From the NCBI GenBank assembly GCA_964252035.1, contig OZ176207.1: 64,000 nt of DNA; one strand, written 5' to 3'. A program made the position numbers and the translations under genes. Under the pieces are notes generated by a model. That model worked only from the letters and a program-made list of their open reading frames with translations. It made no database searches and had not been told where the DNA came from. The DNA is from Podarcis erhardii (lineage: Eukaryota). Positions 49,602-64,000 of the stretch are shown here, piece by piece (position 1 is the stretch's first letter; every line of letters starts with the position of its first letter).

Positions 49602-51165
49602 ACACAAAGAAAAAAAGTAAACCTGCCTAAGCTAATAATTAAGGCGGTGTAAAGACAGATATCTTCACCAGTAGCATTCCCTCTAATTACAAAAGTGAAA
49701 ACTTTTATTAGTCAACAAAACGAGTGGTGGGACCTCGATCACCCCCCATAGGAATACTTTGTGAAATACCCCTCGCTTTCTGTTGCTTTGTAGTGCCTGA
49801 CATTGCTGATTTGCATTTGGCTAGCATTTCAGAGGTTGGCATTGCTTATCTTCACCTTGATGGATAAAAGATCCAGAGCTGAGCTCCTTTCTTTCCACTT
49901 GCTTTAAGTGTGCATATCAACACAAATATTCATGGGGAAAAAATCCCTCCTAAGATTACTCAGTGCATAATATGGCTATTATGGGGATTTCCACCTTCCT
50001 CTGAAGCAGCTGTTACTGACCACTGTCATAGGCCAGATACTAGTTGCTCGGCCTAATCTTCAATTACACTATTAATTTCAGAATTTTAAGATATTAAAAA
50101 TCAGGATTGATGTGAGGACTAGGCATTTACTCCGTCTTCTTAACAACATCTGTATTCAACCCTACTGGGATATGTAGTTGTTTAAAATGTGGACTTGGTG
50201 AACATAAGTCTTACATTTTAGAAAAACAGTCAATTTTATTTTAAAGTTTAAATTCAGGAAACAAAAAAGGAAGGATATGTAATACAACAAGACAATTAAG
50301 GAAAGAAAGAAACTCACTGATTACAGTTCTTAATATATCGCATTTCTGCCATGCATTATCCTGAATCAATTTATGGATACATATATGCTTACCAAGTGGT
50401 CCATCTAACTGTCCTAGATCATGAGCTGGAAGAAGAACAAGCTACTTTGGACTTCTTCCCTGGCTGTGTAATGACATCAAAGTAACCGCTGTCATCAACG
50501 TGGAGGAAGTGACAAATGCTTCCTCTCACATTGGTACAGTTGAGCTTTAGCAAGCCGTAAGCACATCTAGAATCTCAAGACTACACAGCTTAGAGCAGGA
50601 GTGGCCAAGACAGATGTTGTGGCCATTCACATCAGTCTCAGCCAGCAGGGCCACTGGGCACCATGTTAACTGTACTTGGCCTAAAGGCTGTGCAATTGCT
50701 GGTGCTGTTTTTGACTCGCCTGAGCATTTGCCATGAGAACAGGGGTTGGTAACTAGTGGAAATGCTGTTATCTATCATTAGTAGCATTGTTTCCCAACCA
50801 CTGAGTGAGGCATCACCTAGATCCCTTGCTAGAGCTCAGGAAGCCAGTGTAGCAGTTTATTAATTGTGCATGTGTACATTAAGATTAAATTAGAGTTCAG
50901 GTAACTGTGAACCAAAGCATCAGAAATATAAATCAATTTACTTTTCCCTGTTTTAGATGGATATAATCTGGTAGAATAGCCAACCAATGGCCATTTAGGC
51001 TGCAAGTTATATATTATCTGTTCATTTGGTAGTTAGCCTCTTCAGTTTTCATTCATTTCTATATCAGTCATAGCTACCAGTCATATTAAGCAAACTATGC
51101 TTAGGAAGATGTGCTTTAAAAAATCCTTTCCCTCTAATCTTGCTTGAATGTTGTACCAGGGACAA

Positions 51166-51167
<2 letters not shown>

Positions 51168-51207
<40 letters not shown>
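51168..51207. repeat. (GT)20 microsatellite
   Basis: Read directly. Confidence 0.96.
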
Positions 51208-51210
<3 letters not shown>

Positions 51211-52046
51211 TTTATTAATCGGATAGTGATTTTACCTGCAAGATCAAACTATTTGTATAACACACTAGTGACATACAGAAGGACCTTTCCTGAGATCTGC
51301 TGAGGGAATTGAACCCTGTACAACAGAGCTGGAAGTTGCATCTTACCTAGCAACTGTTTCTAAGTAGGACAACCTATCACTGTTCCCATGGCGGAATGAA
51401 AGGAGCTTGCAACACTGTTGGGAAGAAAGACTAATGGTAGGCCTAAGATGGAAGGGAGGGGGGAGGGCACCAAGGGCCTGCAGCTCAGAGCAGGGAAGGT
51501 TTTAGGATCAATTTGGTGGTGCTAGGATTGCCTGTAGCTGAACAAATAAAAGACCATTGAGGCTAGTAGGATAGTTATTAATAATAAAGTGTATTGTGGG
51601 TGAGCGGGGGGTGGGGAGACTAGTTCAAGCATTAAAGATACTGGGTAATTAGTTGTCATAGGAAAAGATTTCAGATACCATACAAATTTAGAGACAACTC
51701 CCCAACCCCCTTGATGTAATACCAAAAATTAACAGAACAGCTCACAGAATTGAAATAAAAATAAAAATCCTGAATTTTCTTATCCACCCGCCCCCAATCA
51801 TCAGTACATGCAAGTTCTTTGCTACTAAAGACCAACCCAAGTAGCAAGGATTTGCACAGCATTTTTGGTTGTCATATAGAGGAAAGGCTAGAGTGGAAGG
51901 ATACATATGAAAGTTCAAGATAGAAAGCGAAGACTAGGATGGGGATTTTTTGTGAGTACACTTGCTGGCTGCTCTATTGAGAATTTGCATATTACAGTAC
52001 ATAATAATATACTCTGCAGTCAGTCTGTTTAACTAAAAGGTGTTTG

Positions 52047-52050
<4 letters not shown>

Positions 52051-52086
<36 letters not shown>
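52051..52086. repeat. (CT)18 microsatellite, about 430 bp upstream of the exon acceptor
   Basis: Read directly. Confidence 0.96.
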
Positions 52087-52089
<3 letters not shown>

Positions 52090-52515
52090 CCCATTACTTG
52101 GAAAAGCCAGTGCTAATTTTTGGGGTGCACATTAACTGATAGGGGTTAATAGCAACAAGGGGCCTGACAGTATATCTGCCCACCCTTATTTTGGCATAGC
52201 CAATGGGATAGAATGATGCTAGTCAAGGCCATTGAGTTGTACCTATCATATTTATCTGACTTAAAATCTGGTGCACCAGCATTTATGTTAGCAGGTATCA
52301 AGTGCTATTGTATGTGTGCACCATACTTCTAATTAGTGAATAAATATTTGGGGAGGTGTAGCGGTTGCTGATTGGAACAAGATGAAAAGCTGCTTAGTAC
52401 ATGAAGTATATTTTCATGATCCTGCATAAATTCTAATCCTGGAATTCTTTAGCAAGAGATTGGGTTTCAAGCATCGCAAGTGACAATAAACTTTTCTCAT
52501 ATTTTTTCCCACTAG

Positions 52516-52647
52516 ATGAAGGACTAAACCACGAGTGCAAGCTCTGCAACCAGACATTTGATTCTCCTGCCAAACTACAGTGCCATCTGATAGAACACAG
52601 CTTTGAAGGAATGGGAGGGACATTCAAATGTCCAGTCTGCTTTACAG
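52516..52647 (+). CDS. ZNF521: ZNF521 internal coding exon (equivalent to human exon 6), phase 1-1; encodes one full C2H2 finger and the Cys half of the next
   Basis: Acceptor ttttttcccactag at 52514-52515, donor gtgagt at 52648. Translation (D)[43 protein letters not shown] matches the recalled ZNF521 C-terminus. GLNH and AKLQCH fit ZNF521 rather than ZNF423 (GINH, AKLLCH). Confidence 0.96.
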
Positions 52648-53509
52648 GTGAGTATTCAGGAACTGTTCGTTTTATTCATGCACATTCTCAAATGGTGCCA
52701 TTTATGCCAGACATTGACTTCAGGTCAGCTTGCATGCAAGTATTAGATTTGTGCTCGTTAATGGTATTGATTAGGAATTATTTTAAAAGTCAAGTGTGCA
52801 GAAAGATTGGACCTCCATCTACCTGAATTGCTTTTGCAAGCACACTCTCACACAATATGTTTTATCGTATCAATAGGGTGGGTTCCAGAGACCCCATGTG
52901 CTGAGCAGAAGGTTCCGATTTCTGCCTGTTTCCTCCCCTCTACTGTATCTCATCTTCCACATGCCACACTGCTCTAACCACAAAGTGAGATGAATCCCCA
53001 TTGTATCCTGCTACATTCCTATCTGATGTACATACATTCTCAAAGGAAGATCACGTGTCTGTGGGGCTGTTGGAATACTTGTTTTCAGCAGAGCATTCTC
53101 AAGTCATGCTCCATTTAAGCTGATTGGCCTCTGTGTCTTCATGTCTGCATGTAGAACCAGGCACACGTTGACCCAAGAAGCCACTTTTGAGGTGGTAGGG
53201 GATCTTCTACATATACCCGTACTTAGATCAGATTCACCATGTTTATCCCTCAAGTATTCAGCACAGCGCATCAAACTACACATTGTGTATAATATTTTGG
53301 GTATAAACATGCAAATCTGATCTAAGTCTGGGTGGTACAGTTTTCAATAGCTGCTAAAAGCTTTTTTTGTTGAAGCAAGCCTACCCAAATATGTAACATT
53401 TTAACGCCTTTTAAAAGGATTTTCTATAAGCAAGAAAACAATGAGAAGCTACAACGTCTCCATAGTCATAGATGTGTATTTTTTTAAAAAAAAAAACTTG
53501 CTTTTTATC

Positions 53510-53660
53510 TATATTTTTATAATTTTATTATGTCTCCTATTAATTGCTGCTTTAATTGCTATTTTAATGAATATTTTTTACATTTTATGTAAACCTCTTA
53601 GCGTTTTCTTTCAATAAGCAGTATTTACGTTTTGCCAATAAATAAATAGATAAATAAAGC
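53510..53660 (+). mobile_element. L2-like LINE 3' tail remnant
   Basis: T-rich run, then tgtaaacctcttag...gcagtattt...aataaataaatagataaataaa. Similar remnants near 6630-6790 and 21180-21280. Confidence 0.45.
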
Positions 53661-54014
53661 TCCCCATTGGCACCAATGTGAAATTTGTTTACTGCTGCAG
53701 GGGGGAAGTTTCCTGGGGAAGGAGTTGTGGCTGTGGAGGAGATGATTAAGCCTTCCTTCCATGTGTGCTGACACCTCATCCAGATTGGCCCTCCCACTTC
53801 AGAATTTAAACACACACACATAGTTTACAGCTATGTATTAAACATAACATGTCACTTAACCAAGTTACTTGCAGCATAACACCTCTATTGAACACACTAT
53901 ATAGATCTGTCTCTGACGTTCTGTTTATGAAAACTGCCCTCACATAACGTCAGCTACCACGTGATGCTTCTGCTGTGACTAAATGATGTGCTTGGCATTG
54001 TGTACTCCCTCAAA

Positions 54015-54806
54015 TAAGGTTACCAGATTTTTTTCAAAGAATCCAGGGAAACCTTTTTAAAAGAAACACGAGAAAAAAAAGTTATTAAAATAAGTTTTGT
54101 GTTTTTTTAAAAAAATTAAGCAGTAATATCTTCTCTTCTGTGGTCTCATCTGTCGCACGGCCTTCCTCTGGGCCCCAGCCTGCTCTCTTGGAGCGCAACC
54201 CACCATGGGTCAGGCCTGGGCTTGGCCACATGTCCTTGCCCTCCCAGTGCTCTCCTACCTTTCCTAAGCGGCGGCAAGGTTGGGGCTCCCCTCTTTTTTT
54301 CTCCTTCCTCTTTCTCTCTCTTCCTTCTCCTCTCCTCCTCCTCCCTGCATCGCCTCCAGGGGTTTTCTGGCCCCAGAGCGCCACTGGGCAGTTGGCCGGG
54401 TGGCCGGGTGCTCTCGCTCCTGACTCGATTTGGGTTGCGCAGGGCAGGGCCCTGTCAGTGGTTCCTCCAGTCAATATGCCAGGTGTCCCCGGTTCCCTCT
54501 CGGCAGTGGTGGCGGCAGTGGTGGCGGCAGCGGCAGTCTCAGCAGCCTGGAGCCAGCCTTGTAGTGCAGTTGGCTCTGGCTGGCTTCAGGAGCTGCTCGC
54601 TGGCATGACGCCCGCCGTATTGCCTCGCCAGAAGTCCCCATATGATGTGTCTTGTGCTGCTGAACCAATCACACAACATTCATTCCCTATTAATAAATCT
54701 ACAACACTTAAAATATAAATCCATGGACATTAAATGAAATCCGGGGACGGATTTTGTCCAGGGACAGATTTGTAAATCCGGGAAACGGGGACATCTGGTA
54801 ACCATA
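54015..54806. mobile_element. Non-autonomous hAT-type (Tip100-like ends) DNA transposon, 792 bp
   Basis: 14-bp TIR with 1 mismatch (taaggttaccagat / atctggtaaccata). Perfect 8-bp TSD ccctcaaa at 54007-54014 and 54807-54814. Confidence 0.9.
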
Positions 54807-55667
54807 CCCTCAAAGAAACTATCAAGTGCATTTTCCTTACTTCTGTACCTCTGTACTCTTCCACTCTCCCCTTATCCCCACCTTAAATCAGCTTCGCACT
54901 GCCACCTCCTCAAGCCCCCTTCCGATGTTACTGCTTCCCCACAACCGAGGTAATTGATGCTCCAGGAGTCATGACTTGGAACCATGCCTTCCTTTCCATT
55001 GTTGTGAGAAACCTCAGGCATTTGCTGTTTATAGGCCTATCTGTTGCCAATAAGACAAGCTCCCCTACCACCCTGGCAGGGGTACGAAACACACTGACAT
55101 ACTGGAAGAAGCATAAACCTGCAACTGTCGCTGAAAATTAAACCATAAAGACTGCATACAGACCTTTTATGTTTGACAGCAATAATGCGCCTTCAAATTA
55201 TACCCTGAATCATAGTGAATAAATGCAGGATTTCTTTTTTCTAAAAGAGGAAAGTCAGCGGTTTGCACAGCTCTCTATCAACGGGAAGCAATTTGGGGTT
55301 TTTGTTCTCCACTGATGCACTTTGATAAGAAAACATGACCCTTCGTACTTTTGTATTAGTCCTTCTTGTTTGGCAGCTCCATTCCCAATAAAATGCAGGC
55401 ATCCACTACGAGAGCCAAATTAAAGTAAGATTTCTCTTCTGTTGGTTGAAGTTGCTGCTACTGATTATTACCTTCCCATATTCAAGTTAGACATGTTTTC
55501 CTGCATTATAACAATTTAGTTAATTTTCACTACACAGCTTGCAGTAATGATGTCTGAGGCTGTAGATAGTTTTGCTTTCAACCGTATGCCTGTCAGGCAT
55601 CTGGGTTCAATAATTCCTTCAAGCATTTCTTTTGCATTTTAGTTTTTGCATTAATTGTACAGGATTT

Positions 55668-55671
<4 letters not shown>

Positions 55672-55716
<45 letters not shown>

Positions 55717-55719
55717 TGT
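55672..55719. repeat. Compound (CT)14(GT)10 microsatellite
   Basis: Read directly. Confidence 0.95.
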
Positions 55720-56225
55720 AAGCGTTTCCCCCCTTTATTCCCTTAATACAGCTTGTGATTCAAAGAGTTAAGTTTAGGATGGATTTTTAAAAAACAACAG
55801 CATACGAGAAAGCGTATGAAAAGCAACCGTACTTGTGGTTCTCACCATAAATAAGTTCCCTGATTAAAATAATAATAATAACAATAATCCTTTAATATTT
55901 CAGCCAGTGGCCCTGTAAAATGTATAAAAAAACCCATTTTCCATTTTTGCTGATGGGGTAAATAGACACAGCACATTAATCATAAACAATGATGTTTTAT
56001 GAGTAATATGCTATTAAATTATTTTAGTGTGTAGAATATTAACAAAACCAAAAATCACCAATACAAGTTTTATATGGAAAATGGAATACAATCCTTTTTA
56101 AGGTAATGAGAAATGTGATTAAAATGTATGACTCACAAGAACGCTATTCTAATTCTTTTCTCTTTTCTTTTTTTGGCATTCAATTAGAATTATTTTAATG
56201 ATTAGGAATGGAGTCAAAGTTAAAT

Positions 56226-56526
56226 NNNNNNNNNNNNNNNNNNNNNNNNNNNNNNNNNNNNNNNNNNNNNNNNNNNNNNNNNNNNNNNNNNNNNNNNNNN
56301 NNNNNNNNNNNNNNNNNNNNNNNNNNNNNNNNNNNNNNNNNNNNNNNNNNNNNNNNNNNNNNNNNNNNNNNNNNNNNNNNNNNNNNNNNNNNNNNNNNNN
56401 NNNNNNNNNNNNNNNNNNNNNNNNNNNNNNNNNNNNNNNNNNNNNNNNNNNNNNNNNNNNNNNNNNNNNNNNNNNNNNNNNNNNNNNNNNNNNNNNNNNN
56501 NNNNNNNNNNNNNNNNNNNNNNNNNN
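56226..56526. other. Assembly gap (N run)
   Basis: N bases. Confidence 0.99.
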
Positions 56527-57026
56527 TTTTACGTTTATAGACATTGCCCCAAAGTAGCTGTGGGATATAATTTTAACATTAACACATTTAAATATAGAAA
56601 TAGTTTGCTAGATTTAAGTTTTGGGCAAATGCATAAATAAATAAAAATAGTGGGTGGGTGTTTTTGTGCTATTGTATCTCTCGCTTCCATATTTCACAGT
56701 AGCAAGGATTTGTTTATTTTCAAATGTTGCTTTTGATGTTCAGCACATTGTGGTGCAATCTGAAATTATTGTGGCAAGGGGAAAGGTACATTTCTTAGTG
56801 TTTGAGATTGAAACGGTATTTGATTATGTTTTTACCAGACATATAAGCACAGTTCTTTTACAAAGAAAAGAAAATTAGGACTTGGATGTAGAGCTGAGCA
56901 ATCGTGGCTGGTGCCTATTATAGCAACAGTATAATCAGAAATTACAGGGTTCTTGGATAATTGTACCCTTTGCAATTGCTGTGAGTTAATGAGGAAATGT
57001 TCACAAAAAAGCCTTTCCATGTATAA

Positions 57027-64000
<6,974 letters not shown>

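Larger units (their letters stand above)
1..52515 (+). other. ZNF521: 3' portion of the long ZNF521 intron upstream of the 132-nt exon
   Basis: No match found to the expected upstream exon ([28 protein letters not shown]-like). The orthologous mammalian intron is recalled as very long. Confidence 0.8.

Noticed and set aside
54085-54718. 129-192 aa ORFs on both strands as a nested gene or transposase
   Set aside because: Low-complexity products of a GC-rich TE interior; no DDE, BED or hAT dimerisation motifs recognised.

Overview
Vertebrate (squamate, probably lacertid lizard) genomic DNA from the 3' part of the zinc-finger gene ZNF521, transcribed on the + strand. Only two coding exons are present: 52516-52647 (132 nt) and 57070-57185 (116 nt). 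They splice in frame to (D)[82 protein letters not shown], the C-terminal C2H2 fingers, equivalent to human exons 6 and 7 (numbering from memory). I did not find the preceding exon or the terminal exon, so about 99.6% of the window is intron. The introns contain nine N gaps, many DNA-transposon MITEs (Tc1/mariner-type with TA TSDs; hAT-type, two with clear 8-bp TSDs), tRNA-derived SINEs (Sauria, Squam3-like, CR1-tailed, MIR-like), RTE and L2 LINE fragments, microsatellites, and several non-repetitive motif-dense blocks that look like conserved non-coding elements (conservation cannot be verified here). I cannot support a novel multi-gene system. The best leads are a 792-bp hAT-type element with a perfect TSD, a candidate 42-nt in-frame cassette exon, candidate enhancer blocks, a composite MITE/LINE-tail element, and a microsatellite born at a MITE terminus. 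Repeat family names come from recalled consensus features, not a database search.
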